From: Magallana gigas
Lineage: Eukaryota
Length of the DNA: 64,000 bases
NCBI RefSeq assembly: GCF_963853765.1
Contig: NC_088861.1
Coordinates: forward strand, 30,194,001-30,258,000
Direction: 5' to 3'
In this document: piece by piece, positions 42,674 to 55,855 of the stretch
Numbering within the stretch: the first letter of the stretch is position 1
Layout: each line of letters begins with the position of its first letter
Translations under genes and position numbers: made by a program
The notes under the pieces: generated by a model
Seen by the model: only the letters and a program-made list of their open reading frames with translations
Told to the model about the DNA's origin: nothing
The model's database searches: none

Positions 42674-44419
42674 TAGAAACCAAATACAGAGTTACTGTTC
42701 CTGTCAGGAAACAAAAACTAGAGTTGCTGTTCCTGTCATTTTCTCATATTTAAAAAATGGGGTTTTTTTGTGGCGATGGCTACTTTTAGCACGATATAAA
42801 TGGTATTTTCAAATCAGCATTTCAGTATGAACATTTCTGTAATTCATAAATACATTTTGTAAGTTAAATTAGTTAGCATTCTGTAACAATTTTAAAATTA
42901 AATTGCAATCAAATAAATAAATGAGTATGTACATTTACACGTAGTATAGTTACATGCGGTAATCAAGAAAATGTGTCAGCCTCCCGGGAAGTGGGGATCT
43001 ACAGACTGACCATGGCAGTCTAGGGGTTCTAGAGGACCAGTCTAGGGGTTCCAAGTCATGATTTTGTTTGCGGAGGAGGGTGTCCAAATGTTACATTAAA
43101 AGTTTAAAATCGAAGATCGCTGAACTTGCGGAGATCCTGTTATGTGACAAAAATGCTAATCCCATTGGCACTAGCTTTGATATATCTACTTTACTTAATC
43201 TCGAGGCAAATTAAATAATTGTTGGACAATAGAAGTGTGAAATTATCGTAACAGCTAGATGTGTGAATGTTTATTTTTCTGGTATGCCTCTACCATCTCT
43301 TTGTTATCGAAAAAAAAAACAATGTCTTTCAAAAAAAAGCAAGGGAGAAGAGTTTAAGACCTCGAAGAGAACGGTTGGACTAACTGTGTTGGAACTCCTC
43401 ACGTTACATGTAGCATTGGGTGTGTTATGTCAGGCTAACTGTGCTGGAATCTCGCACGTTAGCATACAGTGGTATGTTGGGCTAACTGCATGTGCTGGAA
43501 CCTCGCACGTTTGTGGCAACGCACTTTGAAAAAATTTCAAAGTGCGTTAAATTTGATACCAAATCAACTCACTTTGAAAAAAAAAATTTCAAAGTGCCTT
43601 TAATTTTGAACCAAGTTCAGTAGTTGACCCACTTTGAAATTTTTTTTCAAAGTGCGTTAAGAAGGTACATAAACATTTTTTTAGAATCGAAGCTCTTAAC
43701 GCACTTTGAAAAAATATGTATAAATCACAAATTCTCAAGTTGAATTTCTAATTTGCTGATAGTATGATGATTTATTAACACCAGTGAATCTAATTTACCG
43801 TATTTGAGAATGAGGATGGGGGTGGGGGTTAACCGAAGTCATATACCTATACTTCCAAAAAAATCTTACATAACAAAAAAATTTTCTCCCTTCCCTAATC
43901 ATGGAATTCCTAATCCGGGGGGGGGGGGGGGGGAGGGGGGGTAGATGCTAGTTTGCAAAAAAAAGTGGGGGGGGGGGGGGGCTAAGCCCTGTTCCGACGC
44001 CTATGAGTGGCATGCTACCGGGCTAACCGCAACTTCACGTTAAACTTCACGGAAAAATCACGAAAAGAAAACTTATTCACTTAAAATTTTCATTGGTGAA
44101 ACAAGGCTTATATTGTTGTTATTTACCTATGTCAACCACGAACACTTAGGGCAAAAAAATGTCTATTGATGTGAACATATTCCCTGATTTGTTATGTATT
44201 AATATGTATATAAATCGATCACAGAAAGCTCAAGCGCGGTGACAGATGTTTAGGAACGAGTTGCACACCTTCTCAGTCGAAAATTAAACAGCGAATTTTT
44301 TAGAAATAGCTCATAAAGTCTACATGATTACATTTCCTTTTCTACAGTATGTTTTCATTATAACGGCCTTTGATTAAAAAAAGAAAAAAGAAATGTAAAA
44401 GGAAATCAATCCCACAAAG

Positions 44420-45395
44420 TGCCAGGGATTTGTGCGTTGTATTTCACCGACTTATTATTACGACAGATGCGTACGGTAAGATATAAGTATTTTTGGTTTA
44501 TAATAAATGTTTACACCCACCAAGAATGATTCCCTCTTCTTCTTTTTTTAAAGGAAAATGATTGTATTGCGTTTAATGTATCATTTTTTTTTCGAGTTTG
44601 GTGGTTAAAATTGATATTGTAGCTACAGGAATCACTTATAGGAAATTTTGCAAATATATCAAATAAAAACTTAGATATACGGTTTTTTTTAAATATTGTA
44701 TTATTTTGATAGCACATGCTGTCTTAGTTTTATTATTGTTCAAACCTCAAAGTCTGTAATCTTTCAAAATATTGCATCAAAAAATTAATGGCTCAAATTT
44801 CAGGTGACAATGTCTGTTAAAAACGAGATGGATGATAAAAGAGCATTTTATAATTCTACTTTTTACCAAATATTATGAGATTAATATTTGTTTAAGATTG
44901 ACAATAAAGAACATTTCTTTTCCAAGTGAACGTCTGCTGTCCAGGTAAACAAACACTTTTGAATGTATCATACGGCACATGAATGAAATGATTCAAAGCG
45001 GTTGTACGGTGTGTTGTTATAAGTATCAAACCATTTATAGTATAGCATATTCTCTTCAGATGCTCGGGTCGGCAGTATAAGGATACAATACTGCCTGGGC
45101 TGACGGGTATTACCTACGAACGACAACTGTCTGGTAAGAGATGAAATAACTTTACCAGGGGGAAGTTCTTCCATCGAGTTTCCATTCCTGGATCGAATTT
45201 GTTTTTTGCTCGTTGTCTTTCTTCTTTGGTAAATCTGAACAATTCTAATAGTTTGATATAGATCTATACATTTGCTTCGGGGTTCCAAGTTGACAACATT
45301 ACGCTTTTATCACTTAAAATGGATCCTGTTTCTCCATCAGTCTGTAACTCAGTGTCAGAACACTCAGATTCATTAATTACAGAATTTCACGCGTA
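44420..45395 (+). pseudogene. Decayed multi-exon gene remnant, copy 1 (unknown family)
   Basis: Exon 44420-44475 (CQGFVRCISPTYYYDRCVR|GTAAGA) and further GT-AG-bounded segments at ~44928-44945, ~45060-45133 and ~45290 onward. Frameshifted relative to copy 2. Confidence 0.4.
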
Positions 45396-46373
45396 AAACT
45401 GGAATTTATATCATGCAGCAGGCACATGTATACATCGCGGACTACAGTAACCTCATCAAAGCACGCGTTTTCTTTGGAACTTTACCCGGCGTTTTACCAG
45501 TTTCTGTTTGGTTCTGTGACGGTCGACTGTCTTATCAAGTCAAATTCTTTTGAAAAAGGGAATAAATAAATAAATCAATGATAAGAATTATACAGACTGC
45601 ATGCATGTTATAGGCACGTATCATTAGAGGGACAAGCTGGGGGTGTGGCCTGCAACCCCAAGAACTTTTTCTCGTAGCAAACATTTTTATTACGGTAGGT
45701 ATCCCAGAAAATTTATTATCACTGAGTTGCACACCCTACCCCCCTCTCGATTCCCACACATTTTTCGAGCATGTAAAAAATTGAACTAAAAGTACGAAAC
45801 AAACAAACCTCCACCCCCACTCCCACCCCACCCCACCACATCCCCGAATTATGATTTGCATGATTTTCGATTTAAAAAAAAACATTTTTTTTTTTATTTT
45901 TTGCTTTTCGAGATTTGTTGGATGAGCCGGCCCTTTCCCCCAACCCCTTCCCAAAACGATACTAAGTGAAAATTTTTGTACATTTATTTTTCAATAACGC
46001 TAAACAAAAGTATCATTTTATGAAGATTAAAAAGTTTTAATTTATTTATATCGTTGTCCAGTTGTTGTGAAAGTCGAGACACGTACTGATTCTGATTCAA
46101 ATGATTGACAGAAAGAGATGTATAGCTTCTGTGTACTCCAACTGTAGATACCTGTAAAACAGGTAAAAGATGTAGTCTACATGAAAAAACAAACAAACAA
46201 ACAAATTAAATGATGAAAAGAGTTCTTGCAGAAGAGGGAGTGCTTATTGCTAGGGAGAGGGCGAATTAAGTTTTTATAACTTGTGCCCAATCCCATTGTA
46301 GTATATAATGCAATAACATATGTTCAAATCAGTGCTTGTTGCATCTGTGAAAAAATGAACAGAAACTTCCATA

Positions 46374-49318
46374 TACGAGGGTTGTTCGAAAAGTTCGCGG
46401 ACAAAGTGATTTACGGAAAAATTACTGTGTACTTTGTAGGATGACGTATGTCTTTATTAAATGAGTGTCAAATAAGTATGCAAAAAATCATATAATTTTG
46501 ATAACTCGTACAGAATATACAGCTATTTTTAGTATGTATGATTTAGATTTACAGAGCGCCATTTCATATTTCCACGACGTCATGTGACGTCAAACACCTG
46601 TCACGCTTTTTCACATGTAAACATCTTTCAGTTTCACGCATTTTTTTTTTTTTTTGTCATTTAACCTATTCATAAAATGCTCCTTCATATCGTTATTTGT
46701 AAAGATTTTGTATAATGTCTTTTGTGTCATATTGTAGATCATTTAGGTCCGAAAATCTCTGTCCAATGTTTCGATAAAGCAAATTCCTTTGGTACAAGAT
46801 TCGGGTTGTATTGAGACAGGGAGCGGGTTTGGGTTGCAGCAATAGCTTAAAATGTCACTCATTCTTCCATCTTTAAACATCAGATTCCATTTTTAAACCT
46901 TATACTCTTGACAAATGTGGACCATCTCTAGCAGCATCTAAGAACCTTTTGGTCTCATCGGAGATTTTCCTGCCTACATTGTACATTAAAAATTTAATGA
47001 AGGCCCGGTGCTCCAAGCTTGTGGACAGGACCGTGCACTAACCCCCCCCCCCCCCCCCCCCCCAACTTTTATAAATAGGGGAAACGAGTGGGAATATAAA
47101 ATGTTACCGAGTCCGCGTCGTGCTATATCTGTTATTTTTCTACTTGAGACATGTATAATGTTAATGCTACTAAATAATATTTTTGTTGTTAAAATATAGA
47201 GAAAAAAATGGAAAAGGGGGGAGGGGGCTAGTGCACGGTCCTCTCCACAAGCACCTGTGGCTTCAAGATATTCATCGACGTTAATGTTTTTGACTTAATT
47301 TCCATGCGCGGGTCGTCCATATTCGGGGATAAAATCGTCAGAAATTTATCATAAGGTACATTTGACCCCTTATCAGAAATATTTTATTATAGAAAATTTT
47401 CCTATTTTCTACATATTGTATCTTTATATTGTAATTGTGTTTCAAACTATTTCAGGAACAAAATGCACAAAAAGTAACTAATATCTTTTGTCACTATAAA
47501 ACCCATTTCGCCGCAAGGAAATACTTTCTTTCACTTGATAATCAGTTTCGTAAATATTCACACTTATCACGGCGATGAGTGAAATATCTATCTAGTTAAG
47601 GTCAAACAAATTTTACGTAACAAATCACTTCTCAATTAGAAATTTCTTTTGATGTTTGATCTACTCAATTAGTGTCAGGTCATCGGATTAAGCCCCTTTG
47701 TCTGAACCCACGCTATACCTATCTTTTTGTCAAGAGGCCCTCGCAAGGGAATCCTTTCTTATTTTTATTGATACAATAAGTAATTAACCTATAATGTACC
47801 TCACCTGGACTAAGTCGATTTTTGTCCCAAGATCCCAGCGCGTCACTTTATGCTGGACCCTTGTGGAATAAATATCTTTATTGTATATCGACTCCATTTA
47901 TCAATTACAGGTAGGACATTATTTTATATACATTTTTATATGCATTTTTACTACAACTATTCGTCTTTTTAAGGGTAAAACGTTCAACTTTTCCTGTCAT
48001 TGAATTTTACAATGTCTTGAAATTACATTATATACATGTATATTACATGCTTTGATAAGAAAATATTGTTAGCCAAAAATATTAACTTGAATGTTTATTT
48101 TCTCAATCATTTTATGTTCATAATCATTTTCCCATCTGTTCTAATATGTTGTTATTTGATTTATTTTTGATTCTCTTACTTATCAATAATTACTATTCCC
48201 CGCTTCTCACTTTGATAATTGCTAAAGCGTCTTCCGGAATTACCACGTGATTGGTTCTAAATTTAGTCATTGTTTATACTTCCGCCCAAGAGGAAATGCG
48301 GGTTTTACAAATCTATTTCGTTAAGAGAATGCGTATTTCATTATATAATTACAATCGATCGTTCCTAAATTATAATGTAAGTGTTTAACATGTTTATTTT
48401 TATCTACGCTTTCTTTTATTTGAACTTAAGATCTATATTTAACTTTAATCACTTTACGTCTTTATTTCGGCTCGTCAACATAGCCGAGTACATGTGTACT
48501 CGCGCTAAGTATAGGTTCGTAGCTTACTACCACATGTAAATAAATATAGTTGACTTTTCAATAATTATGGTCCTCATCATAGCCAAGCGACCTCTCCATT
48601 TTAGTTAATTTTCCCCTTATTTTAATTTTTATTTAAATCATATGATATAGCTATGTACTTATAAAACACAGATTTAATGTGGTCAATATTCACTTAGCTT
48701 GTGTATATGTTACAATTGTGTTAGAGTATGCAAAGACTCATTTTTATTGTGGTCCTTTTTATGTTGCATCTCTATACATATTTTGTAAAGACTCGTTGTT
48801 TAGTACTCTGTTTTATTTGTCATCATTTTTATCATTTGTTTATAATTGACTTTATGCTGGACCCTTGTGGAATAAATATCTTTATTGTATATCGACTCCA
48901 TTTATCAATTACAGTACAGAAAACCAACCAAACCAACAACAACCCTAAGCACGAAACATTTTGCGTGACAAATTCTTCAATTTATTTAAAACTTTCACAA
49001 AATGACCTTCATAAGTTATTTTAATGTTATATAAAATATCGTATATTTTTATTAGTTTAAACGGTGAATTTATTAATAAGTAGAAATGCGTACAAAATAT
49101 TAAAATATCAAAAGCTAACATGATCCATGAAGCATATATATAACGTACATTATGTAAATATTAAGCTGTACATTTTTTATGGTGCATTTAAAAAAAAAAC
49201 AAATCTTTACATATTTATTAGAAATTACGTCGTTTAAAACTGAAAAGTTTCGCTCGTGTCATGCGATTAGTCTGCTCACAATCAAACTTGTCCACATACT
49301 TTTCTAACAACCCTCGTA
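46374..49318 (-). mobile_element. Non-autonomous/decayed Mariner-type element, copy 1
   Basis: TA-flanked ~30-bp TIRs CGAGGGTTGTTCGAAAAGTTCGCGGACAAA / CTTGTCCACATACTTTTCTAACAACCCTCG. A minus-strand remnant resembling the mariner N-terminal HTH (DGPHLSRV...FKDGR) lies at ~46860-46980. Confidence 0.72.
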
Positions 49319-49731
49319 TATTGTATAGGCGCTCCTTCATATCCACCACTGCATTTTATCACGTGACGGTCACACGTGTCTAGACGGAGCGTAGCAAACA
49401 GAAAGTAAAATACCTGAGCCGCCAAGTTGGAGAGTGAAGGTTTGTTTATACACAAATGACCGGTGTTTAATGAGATTTGAATAACAATTGTTTTGCAGAT
49501 TTTATCAGAGAAATACACTGTTTTATTTGAAATCGCTAAACATAGTCAAAATAAGCGAAGTAATTATAAATTATTTAAAGGTCATAATAAAGAACGTAAG
49601 CTGCCTTATAATTGGTTTAACTTGCACTTGCTAAACTTCACCTGTGTTTATTTTTTCTGGGCTTTTTCAGATTAAAAACTTATATAAGTTGATTTATATT
49701 TGTTTTCAGCATGTTCTAAACGAATTTGACA

Positions 49732-50957
49732 ATGGACCGCCGTACTTGGGCCCAGGATGTGTTACGGTGTCATCTCTGTGAGACCCCGGGGCCCCCTATG
49801 TACTGTGACATTTGTCATATTCATCTGTGTGTAGCCTGCGTGGGTAAACACCTCTTAGATGAATCCAAAGAACACAAAGTGGTAACATTCAAAAAGCGGG
49901 GATTTGCACCTGAATGTTCCAAACATTCCAAAAAATTGTGTGAACTTTTTTGTGAACAATGTGACATTCCTATCTGTGTGCAGTGTGTCTCCTCTGGTGA
50001 ACATCTAGGACACAAAGCAGTTGAAATTTTAAAAAGTCTTGAAACCAAGAAAGAAGTATTACAGAGAGATCTAAACGAATTAGAGACCCTGATTCATCCT
50101 AAATACCAAGAAATTGTATCTTATATCCCACTTCAGAAAGCTGATCTAAATAAAAACTCCGAGAAATTAACAACAGCTCTAGACAAACATGGAGAAGAAA
50201 TGCGTAGAGAAATCGACATTGCCATTCAAAAACTGAAATCTGATGTGGGTGAAATGGATTCCAAACACCTGGTTGTTCTTGACAAGCAGGAAAAAGAAAT
50301 CAAATGCAGTATTTCTGAAATTGAACAGAGCATTGCTGATCTAAAGAAATTACTGAGCTCTAATGATGTCAGCCTTGTCTCTGCCTACAAATCAAGGAAT
50401 GCTGAATTCACAAGATTGCCGCCTAAACTCACAGTTTCATTACCAAGATTCACTCCTCAGAAAATAAACAAAAAACAGATTTATCAGCAGATTGGTTCTC
50501 TGTCAGCATTATCCATCAAAACAGAAGAACATGGCTACACAATGGATTCTCCTGGTGCTAAGTCCTTTCCCCCGGACATACCGCTCATTGATGTACCACG
50601 GATCATCACAGATATAAACACCGAGTACGGAGAATCTAATGGATTATGCAGTGTGTCCTGTCTGAGTGATGATGAAGTGTGGATGAGTGGTAAGGACAAC
50701 ATGATGAGGCTCTACAACCTCCACAGTAAACTAGTGAAGTCAATCCAAACCAAGTCAGGGAACATACCATGTGATATAGCAGTGACACAGAGTGGTGAAC
50801 TAGTTTATACTGATCCCAATGATAGAACTGTGAACATAGTAAAGAATACACAGAAACAGACAGTGATCAGACTACGGGGGTGGGGACCTTTCAATGTCTG
50901 TAGTACCTCCTTTGGTGACCTCCTGGTTGTCATGGTCAGTGAAGATATGAAACAAGT

Positions 50958-50995
<38 letters not shown>

Positions 50996-51402
50996 CAATT
51001 CAATACAATGACAAAGGAAAGCCTCTTTATTCATCTAAACCTTACTCTAAATACATCAGTGAGAACAAGAACCTAGATATATGTGTAGCTGACTGTGTAG
51101 CCGGTGCAGTAGTGGTGGTCAATCAGGCTGGGAAACTCAGGTTTACCTACACCGGTCCTCGCTCTACTACCAAGAAACCATTTATTCCAGCTGGCATCAC
51201 CACAGACAGCCAGGGTCGGATCCTGACAGCAGACTATAACAACCACTGTATCCACATCCTGGATCAGGACGGACAGTTCCTCCGCTACATTGACAACTGT
51301 CATTTAGAATATCCATATGGTTTATGTGTGGACACCAGAGACAACCTCATTGTGGCTGAGCAGAATACTGGCAAAGCGAAGAAAATCCAATATTACATGT
51401 AA
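49732..51402 (+). CDS. B-box/coiled-coil/NHL-repeat protein (RING-less TRIM2/3/71-like), copy 1, 556 aa
   Basis: Single coding exon. B-box1 CHLC...[12 protein letters not shown]...H..H, B-box2 CSKH...FCEQC...C..C...H..H, a heptad-rich coiled coil, and NHL blades ([28 protein letters not shown]). The true ATG is at 49732 (the ORF track starts at a TTG). Confidence 0.92.
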
Positions 51403-52999
51403 ACAAACTGTGATCATTATATTGTATGTCTACATTGTGAACATGTAATGACATTGTAGATAATTATAAAGTGATTATATGGCTTTAAAAATGTTTTATA
51501 ATATCAAATTGAATAAACTGTTTATATTGAATTTCATCAAAAATAACAAAATTGTGTTTGTGTTATGCTTCACCAAACTATGAGGAATGTAAAAATTGAG
51601 AGACTAAGTGTTAGTCATGTATAATTATTCATATTTACATCTACCGAGTCTTTGATTGATCATTCCCTCTATATCTTACGGAAACTTACAATAGCTTTAA
51701 AGACAGGCACATAGCATTGTTTTTAAAAGGGGGGGGGGGGGCTCTTGACAAGCAAAAAAAAGTACCTTTAACTTCAATTTCACTGTTTACTTCCTAAATT
51801 TCAATTCTTTACATGGTCCCATAAAAAGAGGAGGGGGCAGACTCCATGTTATTCATTTTTTGTATGAAAATTTAAGAAAAATCTTTGCAGCATAAAAAGT
51901 CCTGATGTACGTGCCTGATAGAAATAGCCATACTAAAATCTACACGCCATGTTAATCGATTGGTCGAGACCTGAGAAAAATGACGAACTGCACAAAATAA
52001 TCACAATGATGTCAGACTCAAATCCCCAAAGGAGACGATTTGGCTGTTTCTTTTAGCTAATGGACTGTCATGTTGCAAATTTTGAATGTACCGGGTGGCA
52101 GTAAATTCAAAATTTACAACAGAGTGGCAAATTCAAAATTTACAACATGACAGTACTGATGTACATTAACAGTAATTTATTGAATTTTACTTACTTTTTA
52201 GGATCAATTTATTAATTTGTCGAAAGAAAGATGTAAATATAAACAATAAAATGCTTTCTTCGATGATCCATGAGGGTTATGAAGGTAGCGATCTTTACAT
52301 GGCCCGCTAACGCGAGTTATGTATTTTTTTTTTTGCAATGTCACCACCTTCATATCAATTTTGTCGTATTTTAACACGATCATATACGGAAACAGTGACA
52401 TCACCGTTAGCTGCAGGAAAAGGCCCGTAGGAATGGGCACAGAATAAATAAAAAAGTATTCCTTTTAAAGGAATGATCAGCAATAATGATAAATGTCGCT
52501 CGTATTTACATGTAGATCATGAATCGCCATATTTACAGGTAAACAGACTGCGCCATTTTACTTTATCAGGATGATGGTGGTGTTTAAAAGAAAACTAGAG
52601 GCAAGTAAAGTAACAATATAACCTATTGTAAAATGAAAATGGTTTGTTTTTAATCAAACATTTGGGCAGAATGTATTCGCAAAAAAGATTAATCAGTCCA
52701 GATCTAGCGCAATTCTCTGTGCGCCATAAATTGCAACTTTTTATCACATATGGGACTGTCACTTCCCTTGGTCGTCCATCCAAATTTTTTTTTACAGACC
52801 TGCAGCTAATTTGAAACATGATTATCAACAGTAGAATCACCAATTTTGTGATTTCATATGGTTTTTATTCAAAAATGTTTTCTACCTACTCGAAAACTAA
52901 GGCTTTTTTAGGATAATTATAATATAAAGTAAATATTATTGTTATAAAAAGCATGTACCATGGCATCATTACAAATAAAATGATACAAGAACTAGTTTT

Positions 53000-53032
53000 C
53001 AGGTAAGCGATGTGGCCCATGGGCCTCTTGTT
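53000..53032 (+). repeat. Helentron/HINE 3'-terminal motif (fragment)
   Basis: CAGGTAAGCGATGT + palindrome GGCCCATGGGCC + TCTTGTT. A similar motif is at 62323-62357. Confidence 0.5.
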
Positions 53033-53106
53033 TTACGTATAGATTTTTTCCTTAATTAAATACAGTTTAATAAAGATTTCAAATTGACTGTCACAAACAC
53101 TTAAAA

Positions 53107-54230
53107 TTGTCACTGAATTTATTTATTGAAATACATTTATTAATTCAAGAACTCTGGCAAATGAATCAATTCCCAGCCATATTCCTTCTAAATGGTCTGT
53201 TCAGATGGAATTTTGACAGTGACTGCAAGAGTTTGGCGATAGTCGACATCCAAGAAGACAGCTATAGTCCAAGGACGTACATTGGACTTCTCAAGATCTC
53301 TGTTAACTAACTTGTTGACAAAGTCTGGGGTAGGGATGTTTTCAAAGACTACTAGCCACCTGGAAAATGCACCGAAGGTAGGATAGGTGAACTATAAAAA
53401 TCTCTTAAACAAATATAACATTTTATTTTATATAATCTTTAATTGGATTTCTTTTACCCTCTCCGGGAGAGCTGATAGGAATAGATTTATACCTTTACTT
53501 TCAGACAGGAGAAGGTGTATCTGACTACAGAGAGGCCGCCTGGATATTCTCTGATGATGCCGACGGGGGGTGGGGGGGCAAATCTCAGAGCAATCGGAAG
53601 GATTCGACGAGCAACAGGAGGGGAAGCTTGATCCCACGCTGTCTGCATGTAGAGTTACTAGTAGTGGATCCTGTCACAACAAGTTCTACATCTACATATC
53701 CACTGCAACTCTTAGACGATTCTTAAGCAAAAAAAATCATTGTATTTTTGGAAATATTAACTCTTTTTAAAAGAATTAGCTGCAACTATAATTATGAATC
53801 CTGAAAAAAAACCACAACACAACACTTGATACTCTTTAAAGTTGTAAACTACATAAGTGGGTTTTTTTAAATTACATGTAGGGGTATTCTTTGTCCAAAC
53901 CAAGGTCAAGAACAGTGGCCTTACTGCAATGGAAACTTCTGCAGATCTATCCTAGTGATTGAAGGAGGAAGGAGGAGCAGGTTTTTACAAAATGATAGAT
54001 ATTATACCATCAAAAAGACATATCATTTTGAATAACCATACAGCTATGTCAGTCAGTCACCGACACCCAAATTCCTGTCCTGAACAACATTGAGACTCTC
54101 CAACACTGGTGGGTAGATGTTATTAAAACTCATTGATGTACTTAAAATATACAGATAATTGGTTATTTTTCAGTACAAATACAAGAAGCTAGATTCTATA
54201 ATCTGCAGGTTCAGTGAAGAGATCAAGGTA
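53107..54230 (+). pseudogene. Old, internally deleted relic of the same Dada transposase family
   Basis: Collinear nucleotide similarity to exon 10 (ATGGTCTGTTCAGATGGAATT, GCCACCTGGAAAAT), exon 11 (GGAGAGCTGATAGGAATAGA, GACTACAGAGAGGCCG), the end of exon 13, exon 14 (CCAAACCAAGGTC, ACAGTGGCCT, CTTCTGCAGATCTATCC) and the exon 15 acceptor, including the introns between them. It has stops and frameshifts. Confidence 0.85.
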
Positions 54231-55855
54231 ATTTTCAGGCAAACACGACATAACTAAGATTAAAGTAGCAGAATTTATGCCTCTGTGATAACAATGGCGA
54301 TACACTTTTCCTACTAGGACATTGCAAATTTACCGGCATATATTTAATTTGTAACCTTTGGTTATGATAACTAGCCCGATGGGCTACCACAATTCATATA
54401 TTTGCCAGTCTGACCTCAAAAATTGGTAGCCCCGGGCGTCAGGCTATGGTATTTGCAAACTCCTGTCATTATAATATTTTGTGGCAAAATATTCGTTTAA
54501 TATTCGTTTAACTCGTTCAGTAGCTGACTTATAGAAAGAAATAAAAGAAGAGACAAAGCCACTCACCTCTTCATCCAGACGACTTTAGCTTTTATTTCAA
54601 TGACATCTCAGTCCTTCAAGTTTTTGTCCTTTCCAGCTTCTAATTAAGTTGGTGCGTCTAGCGATGACCCATGCAGTTTCTCATTGACGTGCACCCCTCA
54701 TCATTCCTACACGACCGAACAAATAGACAGCAGCTTTATAAAGGTTACCAAATGGAAGGGGGATGGCATACTTTGCGACAATGCAGGAATTAACTGTTAA
54801 TACCAGAAGTTTAAAAGTCTACTCTAAAAAAAAACATGCATTTTAAAAATAATTTAAGGTAATAATATTTTACACGGCACCTAACATTCTCCATTTTTGA
54901 AATAATATTTAAAAATCTACACGCTTAAACATAAATTTCAATAACTAATAAGCCTTCATTAAAAAAAAAATTAAAACAAAAAAATTAAATTAAAGAGTGC
55001 TACGCAAAATTAAAAGATAAAAAATAAAAATTTCTACAGAGATAAAAAAAACTAAGCAACGATATTTTTATCATCCCCTTCCCCAACTTCCTCCTTCTTT
55101 TCCTCCATCCAATTTTCTAACATCTTAATCCGTGGTGGTGGTGGTGGTGGGGGGGGGGGGGGGCTAGCGTTTTATATAAAACTTCAATTTCAGTCCTAAT
55201 TTTCTTATTTTCATATCAATTTTTTACATGCTTCCAAAAAGTGGGGGGAGGGGGGCAACTCCAGGATAATTCAATTTTTTATATGTAAATTTTAAATGAA
55301 TTTGTTGCTGCGAGAAAAAGTGGGGGGGGGGGAGCCGCCCCCCCCCCCCCCCCATGCTACGTACCTGGATCAAATACAAAATACTTTCGTGAATGTTGGG
55401 TAGTATTTTAGTAGAAAGCCGAGTGGCATGCTACCGGGCTAACCGCAACTTCACGTTAAACTTCACGAAAGTCCACGAAAAGAAAACTTAATAACTTAAA
55501 ATTTTTATTGGTGAAACATTAGGCTTATTTTTTTTGTAAATTACCTATGTCAAATACGAACACCTGGGGCAAAAAAAAGAATGTCTATTGATGTGAACAT
55601 ATTCCATAATCTGTTGTGTTTTAGATCTAATATGTATACAATCGATCAATGAAAGTTCAAGTGCGGTACGTGACAGATGTTAAGGAACCAGTTGCAGACC
55701 TCCTCAGTCAAAAATTAAACTGCAAATTTTTCAGAAAAAGCTCATAGAGTCGAAATGATTACATTTCCTTTTATACAGCATGTTTTCATTATAACGGCTT
55801 CTGTTTAAAAAATAATTAAGAAATGTAAATTTGGGAGGGAAATAATCCCCCACAG

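Larger units (their letters stand above)
44005..51416 (+). repeat. Segmental duplication copy 1 (decayed gene + Mariner + B-box/NHL gene)
   Basis: Collinear with 55421-61482 from GAGTGGCATGCTACCGGGCTAACCGC to just past the TRIM stop. It holds ~1.65 kb (about 47346-48997) that copy 2 lacks. Confidence 0.9.

Noticed and set aside
44968-45288. 106-aa minus-strand ORF with similar ORFs at 56389-56695
   Set aside because: The similarity is explained by the segmental duplication, the frame is not preserved between copies, and splice signals favour a plus-strand remnant.
49726-49731. TTG starts given for both TRIM-like ORFs (also 59792)
   Set aside because: This is a eukaryotic gene, with an in-frame ATG two codons later (49732, 59798).
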